DNA of 64,000 bases from an uncultured Candidatus Saccharibacteria bacterium (GTDB taxonomy: Bacteria > Patescibacteriota > Minisyncoccia > Phycocordibacterales > CSBR16-119): positions 73,486 to 137,485 of the forward strand of contig CAZBAG010000002.1 of NCBI GenBank assembly GCA_964490365.1, read 5' to 3'. Under the pieces are notes generated by a model that searched no databases, had not been told where the DNA came from, and saw nothing but the letters and a program-made list of their open reading frames with translations. This document shows positions 18,923 through 27,499 of this stretch, in pieces (within the stretch, counting starts at the first letter, position 1; every line of letters starts with the position of its first letter). The translations under genes were made by a program, and so were the position numbers.

Positions 18923-19061
18923 GACCCACACTTCACACCTAAAAATACTAGATGTTTAGCTAAGAAAATGATGAACTCGGAAAGTCATTACTTTCCTCAA
19001 ACAGCATCATTTTCTAAAGCAACATACTAGTATTTTAAAAACGGTGTTCTCGTGTAGGGTC
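18923..19061. ncRNA. Unidentified rod-shaped structured element (about 140 nt)
   Basis: Nested pairings GACCC/GGGTC, CACC/GGTG, AAAATACTAG/CTAGTATTTT, AGAAAATGATG/CATCATTTTCT, GGAAAGT/ACTTTCC; terminator follows. Confidence 0.45.
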
Positions 19062-19071
19062 GAAAGATTTA

Positions 19072-19113
19072 AATGAAACTAAAAACACCCTTGCGGGTGT
19101 TTTTAGTTTCATT
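19072..19113. terminator. Bidirectional terminator
   Basis: AATGAAACTAAAAACACCC/GGGTGTTTTTAGTTTCATT. Confidence 0.85.
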
Positions 19114-19117
19114 CTCG

Positions 19118-19642
19118 TTAATTAAACCTTTTTCTGTTTACGATGAGTATTAGGATGAATACTAGTGCAGTAAGAGACATTACAGGAATATCGATGTATC
19201 CAAACTTTGTGAATAATTCTTGTAAACAAGATGGCCCAACCGCAGAACAATCAAATATTTCACTATTTGTTGTTCTTGAAAATACGTGGAATAGAGCGAC
19301 GATTGCCCCTAAGACAGCAAGTGTACTTATGTAGTTCCAAATATCTTTCCCTGTTTTTTTAATAAGTGCGACACAAGAGATTATGGCAATACTGTAAATC
19401 ACTATTCGTTGGTACCAGCACATAAGACATGGTAAGTAGCCAATAACTTCAGAATAGAAAAGACTTGCCAGCATTGATCCTCCCATTATAAATAGAGTTA
19501 AAACCAAAGCCTTGTCACTGAACCATTTTGCAAGAGCGCCCTTATCTTTTGTGGCGATCATTATAAGAAGCAGTACTGATGTAATTTGCACAAAAACGGT
19601 TCCTAAACTTAGTATTGTATTTGTTGTATTTGCTAAGCCCAT
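19118..19642 (-). CDS. dsbB: Disulfide bond formation protein B (DsbB/BdbC family)
   Basis: PCLMCWYQR, second Cys pair, multiple TM helices. Confidence 0.9.
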   Translation of the reverse strand: MGLANTTNTILSLGTVFVQITSVLLLIMIATKDKGALAKWFSDKALVLTLFIMGGSMLASLFYSEVIGYLPCLMCWYQRIVIYSIAIISCVALIKKTGKDIWNYISTLAVLGAIVALFHVFSRTTNSEIFDCSAVGPSCLQELFTKFGYIDIPVMSLTALVFILILIVNRKRFN

Positions 19643-19643
19643 A

Positions 19644-20096
19644 TTAACTAAGTGGTGCGTCTGAAGAAGTATTAGTTTGAACAGGTGTCTCCTCAGTTGC
19701 ATTTGTTGGCAATGTTGCTTCACATGCAGTTTTTTCTGCTAGAGCTTCTGGAGTTTGTTCTCCTGTGAGCCGTGTTCCATCTGCAAAGATCCATGTAGGA
19801 TAACTTTGGATTTGATTATCAATACATACTTGTGTCTGACCTTTTCCATCTGGGGTTGAACATTCTACATAAGGAAGCAATTCCTCGGATTTTCCAAAAG
19901 CCTTTTTCTGGTTATTACAGTGTGGACACCAAAACGCACCATAGAACTTTGCACCAGCTTCTCCAAGGCATGTTGCTAGAGCATTGTACTGTCCTGGTTT
20001 GCCAGACTCCTTATTACTTTTTTGTTGCAAAATGACGAGTCCGCCAATAACAAGAGCAGCGATAATAACAATTGAAATTATTGTTTGTTTATTCAT
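19644..20096 (-). CDS. Membrane-anchored thioredoxin-like disulfide oxidoreductase
   Basis: FYGAFWCPHC, YVEC, YPTW (VKOR-associated Trx type); adjacent to dsbB. Confidence 0.88.
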   Translation of the reverse strand: MNKQTIISIVIIAALVIGGLVILQQKSNKESGKPGQYNALATCLGEAGAKFYGAFWCPHCNNQKKAFGKSEELLPYVECSTPDGKGQTQVCIDNQIQSYPTWIFADGTRLTGEQTPEALAEKTACEATLPTNATEETPVQTNTSSDAPLS

Positions 20097-20192
20097 GTAT
20101 AATCTAATCTTCTAAATTACTAATAGTCTGATTTTAGGTGTTTTGGGCGCTTTTCGCAAGAAACAAAAATACTTAGCAAGGTTTGATGGTTT

Positions 20193-20370
20193 TCTCGGTA
20201 GATCGGTCACGAGTTACTAATTCCCTTCGGTCATAAGTACTCTCGACCCCGTCTCGCGATGCTCACAGGTTCGCATAACGCTCCGACCTTCGATTCCTAC
20301 ACGAAAGCAAAACTGTTTGCTTTCTCGAGAGGACAAAATGAAAAACCGCCTTACGGGCGGTTTTTCATTT
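20193..20370 (-). mobile_element. tRNA-3'-anchored miniature element (Lys copy, degenerate)
   Basis: Inverted tRNA 3'-end copy (20289-20300 + 20326-20335) split by a 25-nt hairpin; GACCGAAGGGA cap (20222-20232); decayed direct copy 20193-20205. Confidence 0.55.
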
Positions 20371-20372
20371 TG

Positions 20373-20445
20373 TCCTCTCGGTAGGAATCGAACCTACGAC
20401 CGTCTCCTTAAAAGGGAGCTGCTCTACCAACTGAGCTACGAGAGG
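20373..20445 (-). tRNA. tRNA-Lys(TTT)
   Basis: Cloverleaf CCTCTCG...CTTTTAA...GTAGGTTCGATTCCTAC CGAGAGG A. Confidence 0.95.
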
Positions 20446-20532
20446 ATATTAAAAATCTCACAAAGAGATTAAAAATACTCTACGAATATACACAACTTTT
20501 ATCTTTTGGTCAATTGGTGTAAGATGCATGCC

Positions 20533-21006
20533 ATGGAACGAGAACATATTCTTATTCTTCATGACATCCGAAGCGCCCAAAATGTGGGAGCTATTTTCCG
20601 CACAGCTGATGCATGTGGAATCTCAAAAATAATTTTGTCGGGCTATTCGCCAGCGCCAATTGATCGCTTTGGTCGTACAAGATCTGATATTACCAAAGCA
20701 TCATTGGGTGCTGAAAATACTATTCCATGGGAATTTTCTAAAAATATTTTTCAAACAGTACAGAGCTTAAAAGAAAAAAACTTTAAAGTTATTTCTATTG
20801 AACAGTCAGAAAATTCAATAGACTATAAAGAGGTGGGGCTCGGCGACAACAATGTTTTTATTGTTGGTAATGAGGTTGGGGGAGTGGAAAAAGAACTCCT
20901 AGATCTTTCTGATGTTGTGGCTGAAATTCCTATGAAAGGAGAAAAAGAATCTCTCAATGTTTCTGTTGCTGCAGGTGTGGCGCTCTTTCGCATGCTCGGT
21001 CTCTAG
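20533..21006 (+). CDS. TrmH/SpoU RNA methyltransferase
   Basis: NVGAIFRTAD, GNEVGG, IPMKGEKESLNVSVA. Confidence 0.93.
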   Translation: MEREHILILHDIRSAQNVGAIFRTADACGISKIILSGYSPAPIDRFGRTRSDITKASLGAENTIPWEFSKNIFQTVQSLKEKNFKVISIEQSENSIDYKEVGLGDNNVFIVGNEVGGVEKELLDLSDVVAEIPMKGEKESLNVSVAAGVALFRMLGL

Positions 21007-21008
21007 CT

Positions 21009-21170
21009 TTAGTTTGTTGGAGTGGTAAATGTTGTTGGGCCACCAACACCTTTTGGTGCAGAAATAAGTGGTGTGGTGCCGCCTCCACGCTCTGGGCCAC
21101 CAGTAAGAATCCAAAGGACAAAGAGTCCAAAGAACATAATAAGAAACCATTTTAAAACATCGGTAAGCAT
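21009..21170 (-). CDS. Small membrane protein, 53 aa (not in ORF track)
   Basis: MLTDVLKWFLIMFFGLFVLWILTGGPERGGG...; starts 7 nt after the mutM stop. Confidence 0.6.
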   Translation of the reverse strand: MLTDVLKWFLIMFFGLFVLWILTGGPERGGGTTPLISAPKGVGGPTTFTTPTN

Positions 21171-21176
21171 ACATTG

Positions 21177-22115
21177 TTAGTTATTTTCTAAAGCTTGGTG
21201 GGCAGGGCAAAAGTGGGCACTTCTTCCTCCAACGACTTTTCTTAGTATAACACCTGGACAACCTCTTTTTTTACAGGGCTGTTTGTTTTTCCCGTAGACA
21301 TTATGTTTGTTTTGAAAGGTGCCTCGTTCACCATGAATGTTTCTGTAATCAGACATTGAATCGCCGCCGAAATTGATTCCATGTTCTAAGAGGGGTTTCA
21401 TGACAAGAAACATTTTCTTGAATTTATTTTCAGAAATGTTTCGCACGGACTCCTCGGGGTGAACACTTGCAAGCCACAACATTTCATCTGAATAAATATT
21501 ACCGATTCCTGTAATAAGTTCCTGATCCATTAACACGTTTTTTATTCTCCCATTTGGTTTTCTATGAAGTAATTCTTTAAAAGAGTTGTAGGTTAGCTTG
21601 ATATCGAGAGCATCTATACCTAAGTCTTTAACATGTTTCGCGGTTGCATCACCAGTTTTTACAAGTGTTACTTTCCCAAATTTTCGTGAATCACAAAATG
21701 CCAAATGTTTGCCATTGGTAAAGTGAATGAGGAAATGTATGAACCTATTGTATGGATCTTGAAGAGATGTATCTTTTTCTGCCCACCAAACCCACGTGTG
21801 ATGCGCTTCTCCGTCTTGTGGTTTCGCAGCGCGATATTTTCCAAACAGAAGGTGTCCGGTCATTTTCATGTGAATAAGGATTGTGAAACCGTTGTTAAGG
21901 TGAATGAAAATATTTTTTCCGTGACGGGTAGTGTTTTTAATGTTAGCGCCTACAACTTGTTTTTTAAATGTGTTCCAAAAGGCTAGATTTTTTATTTCAT
22001 CTTTTCGTGAGTGATTTTTTTGAGGTAGGTCACTCCAGACATCTTTAATGGTCAAACCTTTTACCGTCTGATTGAGGCCTCGCACTGTTGTTTCTACTTC
22101 GGGTAATTCTGGCAT
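21177..22115 (-). CDS. mutM: Formamidopyrimidine-DNA glycosylase
   Basis: MPELPEVET, HMKMTG, GIGNIYSDE, C-terminal zinc finger. Confidence 0.97.
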   Translation of the reverse strand: MPELPEVETTVRGLNQTVKGLTIKDVWSDLPQKNHSRKDEIKNLAFWNTFKKQVVGANIKNTTRHGKNIFIHLNNGFTILIHMKMTGHLLFGKYRAAKPQDGEAHHTWVWWAEKDTSLQDPYNRFIHFLIHFTNGKHLAFCDSRKFGKVTLVKTGDATAKHVKDLGIDALDIKLTYNSFKELLHRKPNGRIKNVLMDQELITGIGNIYSDEMLWLASVHPEESVRNISENKFKKMFLVMKPLLEHGINFGGDSMSDYRNIHGERGTFQNKHNVYGKNKQPCKKRGCPGVILRKVVGGRSAHFCPAHQALENN

Positions 22116-22200
22116 GAGTACAGTGTATGTAAAACTCTATAAAAAGGCGAGAATTGATAAGCGCTTAAAAATGTGTTTATATTAGGTTAAATTTGAACCT

Positions 22201-22668
22201 ATGAGTACTTCGGGTATACCCAAAGAGCTTTCAAAGTTGATTGCTAAAAAGCACCGTGAGGACTATCGGCGAGAGCATGGTAGGAATCCTCAAACCGGGA
22301 AAGAATTGTTCGATTCTGTGAAGAATACCATGGACAAGATGACACCAAAAGATTTTGCAGCTTTAAATGTGAGAATCGCTAGGGCCGATGTTGCGCACCT
22401 GGAAATGTTTAGTCGCACTCCCATGGAAAGAATAAATGCACAAAGAGATTTGGAGATAGCTGAAAGAAAGTACCAAGAAACTCCAGGTAAAGAAACCCCG
22501 AGAACACTATCCCTTAGAGAAAAAGTGGTTAATCTACTCTCCCGAGATAAAGAGAAGAATTGGAGAGTGAGAGAGATTGCAGAAGCGCTTGATCATCCCC
22601 CATCAGACGTAGGTATTGTGGTTAGCTTTTTAAGGAAGGAGAATCGGAGAATAAATGTGGTTAAGTAG
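22201..22668 (+). CDS. Hypothetical protein with possible C-terminal winged HTH
   Basis: WRVREIAEALDHPPSDVGIVVSFLRKE. Confidence 0.6.
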   Translation: MSTSGIPKELSKLIAKKHREDYRREHGRNPQTGKELFDSVKNTMDKMTPKDFAALNVRIARADVAHLEMFSRTPMERINAQRDLEIAERKYQETPGKETPRTLSLREKVVNLLSRDKEKNWRVREIAEALDHPPSDVGIVVSFLRKENRRINVVK

Positions 22669-22765
22669 TTACAAGTCTCGAATACTGTTCGAGACTTTTT
22701 CTTTATAAAAAATAAGAGGTAGGAACCCTTGGTTCCTACCTCTCCCTAGTTGTGTGTTGGCTGGA

Positions 22766-22861
22766 TCACTTCTTCAAGGCCTGCTTCTTCTGTGCCTCCA
22801 TGTGCTGTTGTGCTGCTTCTGGCTTGCCACGCGTCTTCTGGTTCTTTTTCATTGTGCTCAT
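22766..22861 (-). CDS. Putative 31-aa basic peptide (MSTMKKNQKTRGKPEAAQQHMEAQKKQALKK)
   Basis: A/C-rich leader, promoter-like element upstream, hairpin downstream at 22717-22743. Confidence 0.4.
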   Translation of the reverse strand: MSTMKKNQKTRGKPEAAQQHMEAQKKQALKK

Positions 22862-22929
22862 GGTCTTCGCGAACCAGTTGTTGGTTATCTGTATGGCTCG
22901 AATAGCAAAAGGTGGAATTCTCGACAAGA

Positions 22930-23502
22930 CTATTTACCAAGAATTTTAAGTGCCTGCTTTATCTTTTCGTTTGTCGAAAGTGAATGGTCAATTTCTTTTG
23001 TTGCATTTCGTGATTCATTTTGAGTGTAGCCGAGTGACATAAGAGCAAGAATAACATCTGCTTCACCTTTAAGTGCCCCAGACTCATCGTTATGTCCCAA
23101 ACTTGCAAGTTTGTCGCGCAGTTCTACAACTATTTTTTCTGCAGTCTTTTTACCAATACCAGAAACTTTTGTCATGTACGACATGTCGCCTGTCGCGATA
23201 GCTTTCTTTAGAGTTTCCATTGGAGCAATAGAAAGGATAGAAAGCGCATTCTTTGGTCCAATTCCTGAAACACTGATGAGTAGTTCAAAAAAGTTTTTCT
23301 CATCAATTGTTTGAAAGCCGTACAAGTCGAGTGCATTTTCTCGAACGGCTAAATATGTCCAGAGAGAAAACATTTCTCCAATAGAGGGCGAAGAGGAAAG
23401 TGTGTGTGTTGATGTAAAAATCAAATAGCCAACACTGTTTGCTTCAATAATTAAAAACTTGTTATTTTTTTCTAAAATTTTTCCTTGAATGTGGGCGATC
23501 AT
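22930..23502 (-). CDS. ruvA: Holliday junction DNA-binding protein RuvA
   Basis: LYGF, VSGIGPK, GIGKKTAEKIVVEL, ALMSLGY. Confidence 0.97.
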   Translation of the reverse strand: MIAHIQGKILEKNNKFLIIEANSVGYLIFTSTHTLSSSPSIGEMFSLWTYLAVRENALDLYGFQTIDEKNFFELLISVSGIGPKNALSILSIAPMETLKKAIATGDMSYMTKVSGIGKKTAEKIVVELRDKLASLGHNDESGALKGEADVILALMSLGYTQNESRNATKEIDHSLSTNEKIKQALKILGK

Positions 23503-23647
23503 AGTGATATGAATGTGGTGCTATATACGGTAAGTGTACCATCTTGTAACACCAAAAAGACCCTTGTGTTTTCTTAAAACCTCTGGTATTATGACCTCGT
23601 TCGTAACTTAAGCGTGTCGCATAGGCTTACACATTAAATTTTACATT

Positions 23648-23902
23648 ATGCCAATATCAGCATCAGCAAAAAAATCTCTTCGAGTATCTCACCGAAAAAG
23701 AATCGTGAATGATCGCCGAAGAAAAACAATGAAAGAGTCGATTAAAGAAATCACAAAGCTTGTGAAAGCAGGGAAGAAAGATGACGCAAAAAAACTTCTT
23801 CCAAAAGTGTACAAAGCTATCGATAAAGCAAATAAACGAGGAGTTATTCAAACAAATACTGCATCTCGAAGAAAATCAAGTCTTTCTAAAATGACAAAAT
23901 AA
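23648..23902 (+). CDS. rpsT: 30S ribosomal protein S20
   Basis: SAKKSLR, IDKA..RGVI..NTASRRKS. Confidence 0.95.
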   Translation: MPISASAKKSLRVSHRKRIVNDRRRKTMKESIKEITKLVKAGKKDDAKKLLPKVYKAIDKANKRGVIQTNTASRRKSSLSKMTK

Positions 23903-23930
23903 AAAATCCCCGTACGGGGATTTTTTATTT
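23897..23930. terminator. Bidirectional terminator
   Basis: AAATAAAAAATCCCC/GGGGATTTTTTATTT. Confidence 0.85.
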
Positions 23931-24212
23931 TCGTGATAAGTCTTGAAGTTTTCTTTTTGCAGCTTCTATTTCTTGTTGTAAGCTTTGAATACTTGCTTCT
24001 GTTTGCTCTACTTCTCTTTCTAGGTTTCCTTTTTCTTGTTCTAATTTTCTTAGCTCAGCTTCGTGGTCTCGCTTACTTTTTTCAATATCAGTCTCTACTT
24101 TCTTTACTTTCCCTTGTTTGGTAGCAAGATCTTTTTTTGCTCTATCAATTTCTTGGGTGTGATTTTGAATTTCTGCTTGTATTTGACTAATTGCGGCATT
24201 TAATTCTGACAT
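23925..24212 (-). CDS. Coiled-coil hypothetical protein
   Basis: Heptad-rich 95-aa ORF. Confidence 0.65.
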   Translation of the reverse strand: MSELNAAISQIQAEIQNHTQEIDRAKKDLATKQGKVKKVETDIEKSKRDHEAELRKLEQEKGNLEREVEQTEASIQSLQQEIEAAKRKLQDLSRK

Positions 24213-24219
24213 ATGGTTA

Positions 24220-24801
24220 TTAATTCAATAAATAAAATTTAGTAATATCGTTTTTATTTCTCACACCAATATCATACATGTCGTTGCCAACTTTTATTGT
24301 GTAGTGGTATGTTGTCATATTTTCATCGGTAAAAGAATATACATCAAAATTCTTTCCGTTAATTTTTTCACTAGGAAGTTTTACTCCATCACTCATCATT
24401 TTTGTAAATTGTTCTATATCATTCCAAACATACAGAGCCATGCTATTTGGTACACGTTTTGATTCTTCTATGTTTGACTGATCTCCAGCACCAAATGTAA
24501 AAATTACACTCATGTAAAGTGGTGTTTCTGGTTTTCTTGTCGCAATAAGATTTGGTAAATCAACAGCAAACTTAAATTCAGTATTTGTATATGAGTATTT
24601 TTTATTTACTACTGGATTTTTTACTGGTTCAGGCGAGGTTTTGTTTTCTGTTGCCATTCCTTCTTCTTGTGTATCAACACTCTCAGGTGCCACTTGTTCA
24701 CCAGTCACCACTTCTTCTGTCGTAGGAGTAACTTTTTTCGAAATGAAAAATGCCACCACTAACACCACAACAACAACCCCTACCATCAAAATATTTTTCA
24801 T
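24220..24801 (-). CDS. Membrane-anchored hypothetical protein
   Basis: N-terminal TM; YTNTEFKFAVDLP resembles PsbP-like extracellular domains. Confidence 0.7.
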   Translation of the reverse strand: MKNILMVGVVVVVLVVAFFISKKVTPTTEEVVTGEQVAPESVDTQEEGMATENKTSPEPVKNPVVNKKYSYTNTEFKFAVDLPNLIATRKPETPLYMSVIFTFGAGDQSNIEESKRVPNSMALYVWNDIEQFTKMMSDGVKLPSEKINGKNFDVYSFTDENMTTYHYTIKVGNDMYDIGVRNKNDITKFYLLN

Positions 24802-24823
24802 ATGATATGTTTCTTAATTACTA

Positions 24824-24954
24824 TGTGCTCTCGGTAGGAATCGCCTCTCCCTTTGGTCGAAACGCACCATTTTTATAATCGCTTCGCTCTTTAAAAATGG
24901 GCGCCCTTGGTTCGATTCCTACCGTAAGTATAAAACTTACTTTGTTCATCCATC
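24824..24954 (-). mobile_element. tRNA-3'-anchored miniature element (Arg-GCG copy)
   Basis: Direct 20-nt copy of tRNA 3' end (24824-24843, 1 mismatch); inverted T-arm copy (24909-24924); 85-bp core 24836-24920 identical to 28900-28984. Confidence 0.75.
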
Positions 24955-24956
24955 TG

Positions 24957-25028
24957 TGCTCTCGGCAGGAATCGAACCTACATTTTAACTTCCGCAAAGT
25001 CATGTCCTATCCATTGAACGACGAGAGC
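24957..25028 (-). tRNA. tRNA-Arg(GCG)
   Basis: GCTCTCG...TGACT TTGCGGA AGTTA...GTAGGTTCGATTCCTGC CGAGAGC A. Confidence 0.92.
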
Positions 25029-25086
25029 TCAAGGCGATAATACAATATTTCTTTTAAAAGTAAAACACCCACATAGAGTAGGTGTT

Positions 25087-25560
25087 TTAGAAACCAAGCC
25101 TGTCCATAATTTTATGAGCAGCTGATTCATGAATCTCTTGTTCTTCTAATACTTGTGACAAGATACTATAAATCTCTCTACCTGTTTCATCCTCTTCAAA
25201 AGGGAGAACCATAACCGGCATAAATGTTTTGTCTGACTGAATGAGTAGCCTTTTTTCTCCGCGAAGTTCTTCCATCCAAAATGAGGAGAGTCGTTCATAA
25301 GGGTAGATACGACCATCAAAATATACACCCTCTGTCGTTATTTTGTATCGTATTCTCTGAGGTTTTGAGAGTCCAAAGAAAAACATTGCAGCTGCAGTCA
25401 AGAGAATAAAAATACCAAAGAGAAAGTTGCCGTAAATAAAAGTGGCAGTACTTCCTGCAACAGCAATTATGCCAAGAGCCCAAAACCAATCCGGCCTTCG
25501 TTTTTTTTGCTGATATTCAAATGCGTCCCACTCCACGAGAATAGTATCATTGTTCATCAC
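25087..25560 (-). CDS. Two-TM protein with PH-like C-terminal domain
   Basis: W.AFEY...WFW, two TM helices, YKITTEGV...IYPYERLSSFW. Confidence 0.7.
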   Translation of the reverse strand: MMNNDTILVEWDAFEYQQKKRRPDWFWALGIIAVAGSTATFIYGNFLFGIFILLTAAAMFFFGLSKPQRIRYKITTEGVYFDGRIYPYERLSSFWMEELRGEKRLLIQSDKTFMPVMVLPFEEDETGREIYSILSQVLEEQEIHESAAHKIMDRLGF

Positions 25561-25648
25561 TTGTATTTTATCAGATTACTATGAAAGACTACAGAAAATA
25601 TGTCTGTTGAAAAACAAAAACCGGAGTTAATCCGGTTTTTGTTTTTTG

Positions 25649-25735
25649 CGGAGGCGGTGAGATTCGAACTCACGGACCGCGTTAACGGTCTCCTGTTTTC
25701 AAGACAGGTGCCTTCAACCACTCAGCCACGCCTCC
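25649..25735 (-). tRNA. tRNA-Ser(TGA)
   Basis: GGAGGCG...CCTGT CTTGAAA ACAGG, long variable arm, GTGAGTTCGAATCTCAC. Confidence 0.95.
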
Positions 25736-25789
25736 GTACAATATGGAATACTAGCACGCTTGCCTCAGAATTTCAAACCCTTCACCGTG

Positions 25790-26020
25790 CTATCTATCTA
25801 GGTTGTCTACAGTATCTGATTTTGGTCGCACTGCAAAGAAATAGATAATCTCAAGGATGCCAAATGTATTCAAGACCAAAAGGATAATAAACCAAGGTTT
25901 TGAACCTAGTCTTGCGGCTTTCCAAAGGGCTAATCCTTTCCATGTAATGCTCCATGCAAGGATAAGTCCTAGGGCTGCCATCCCACCAGGCAATGGTATA
26001 AATTGTTCTGCGCCTAACAT
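25790..26020 (-). CDS. DUF5652-like small membrane protein
   Basis: WKGLALWKAAR...WFI...NTFGILEIIY. Confidence 0.8.
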   Translation of the reverse strand: MLGAEQFIPLPGGMAALGLILAWSITWKGLALWKAARLGSKPWFIILLVLNTFGILEIIYFFAVRPKSDTVDNLDR

Positions 26021-26074
26021 ACGTAGATTATAGCACGTGAAGCCAATTAGGGTATTTTGTGGTATTCTCTATGC

Positions 26075-26479
26075 ATGAAGATACTAGGGATTGATTATGG
26101 AGAAAAAAGGATTGGGGTCGCACTTTCTGACGACCAATCAACAATAGCCTTTCCTTATTCGGTTTTGGAAAATAAGGGAAATACCACTGAAGTTATAAAG
26201 GATATACAAAAGAAAGAAGGTTTTACTGATATTATTGTTGGAGATCCAGGATCTAATGCTCTCAAAGAAAAAGTCACTTCTTTTGTAAGGGCTTTGGAAA
26301 ACGAAGGATTTCGGGTTTTTCTTGAAAAAGAGTTTATGACATCGCTCCACACTGACATGTTTACTAAAACAAAACCTATTGCACGGCAATCAAAACAAAA
26401 ACGAGATGTAAAAAAAGATGAATCAGCTGCGGCGCTTATACTTCAACGATTTTTAGACAAACAAGCATTTAAAAAATAA
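26075..26479 (+). CDS. ruvX: YqgF/RuvX pre-16S rRNA nuclease family
   Basis: ILGIDYGEKRIGVALSD, EFMTS, DESAAALILQRFL. Confidence 0.92.
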   Translation: MKILGIDYGEKRIGVALSDDQSTIAFPYSVLENKGNTTEVIKDIQKKEGFTDIIVGDPGSNALKEKVTSFVRALENEGFRVFLEKEFMTSLHTDMFTKTKPIARQSKQKRDVKKDESAAALILQRFLDKQAFKK

Positions 26480-26490
26480 CACAACATACT

Positions 26491-26850
26491 ATGGAAGATA
26501 TAAAGAAAGAAGAGGGAAACATGATTACCTACGAAGAATTTAAAAAGGTTGAAATGAAAGTAGGGGAGATTATGTCGGTGGAAATTGTTGAAGGTGCTGA
26601 CAAACTTTATAAGTTTATGGTGAATCTTGGAGAAGAAAAACCACGACAAATACTTTCTGCTATTCGAGAATACTATGACAACCCAGATTTTTTTGTTGGA
26701 AAGAAATTAGTATTTGTTTCAAACCTAGAGCCACGAGTTATACGAGGCTTGGAAAGTCAGGGTATGGTTGTTGCTGTTGATGGTTTCGAGAATCAGCCAA
26801 TTTTCTTGGTGCCAGAAGTTGATGTTCCACATGGAAGTAAAGCTCGCTAA
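26491..26850 (+). CDS. tRNA-binding OB-fold protein (Trbp111/MetRS C-terminal-like)
   Basis: ITYEEFKKVEMKVG, ADKL, NLEPR..RGLESQGM. Confidence 0.9.
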   Translation: MEDIKKEEGNMITYEEFKKVEMKVGEIMSVEIVEGADKLYKFMVNLGEEKPRQILSAIREYYDNPDFFVGKKLVFVSNLEPRVIRGLESQGMVVAVDGFENQPIFLVPEVDVPHGSKAR

Positions 26851-26853
26851 TAT

Positions 26854-27456
26854 ATGAAAAATATTTTTTATTTTTTCAAAAAAGAAAATTTAAAAGAATG
26901 GTTTATAAAGCATGGAGATTCTAAAAAATCCGCAGTTCTGTTGTGTGTTATTTCATATCTTGAGGCAATATTTTTCCCAATTCCACCAGATTTTTTCTTG
27001 ATGGCTATTCTTGCTTCAAACGAAGGGAAGAGATGGGCGTACTATTCATTTCTTACCTCAATCTTTTCAGTGCTCGGTGGTTTGACGAGTTATATGATTG
27101 GTTTTTTGTTTTTCGATACTCTTGGACAGTCAATCATTGATTTTTATAATATGCAGGCTGATTTCGATAAAGTATCAGTCATCTTTAATGAAAATGCTTT
27201 CTGGGCAGTATTCGTTTCTTCGTTTACTCCACTACCTGACAAAGTGTTTAACCTTGCGTCTGGTTTGTTTAAGCTCAACATTCCAATCTTCCTTATTGCG
27301 TACACACTCGGTCGATCACTTCGATTTTTCTCTGTTGGGATTGTTATGAAAATCTTCGGTGCTCGTATTGCAAAGGTTGTCTACAAACATTTAAACATCA
27401 TTTCTATTGTTGTTGTGCTCGTTCTTGTTCTGTTCGGATTCTTTATTTTCCGATAA
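26854..27456 (+). CDS. DedA/YqaA (VTT domain) membrane protein
   Basis: EAIFFPIPPD, FTPLPDKVF, RSLRF. Confidence 0.88.
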   Translation: MKNIFYFFKKENLKEWFIKHGDSKKSAVLLCVISYLEAIFFPIPPDFFLMAILASNEGKRWAYYSFLTSIFSVLGGLTSYMIGFLFFDTLGQSIIDFYNMQADFDKVSVIFNENAFWAVFVSSFTPLPDKVFNLASGLFKLNIPIFLIAYTLGRSLRFFSVGIVMKIFGARIAKVVYKHLNIISIVVVLVLVLFGFFIFR

Positions 27457-27499
27457 CTATTCTTTGTAGTTTTCTAAAACCTGTTAAAATTTAGATACG

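Noticed and set aside
22717-22743. Hairpin GAGGTAGGAACCCTTGGTTCCTACCTC resembling a collapsed Arg element
   Set aside because: The match is short, no tRNA is adjacent, and CTTG-type loops occur in other terminators (19090, 63521); most likely an ordinary terminator.
24821-25003. Short ORFs overlapping tRNAs and elements (also 25600-25848, 28846-29073, 37895-38252)
   Set aside because: Shadow ORFs arising from tRNA and repeat sequence.
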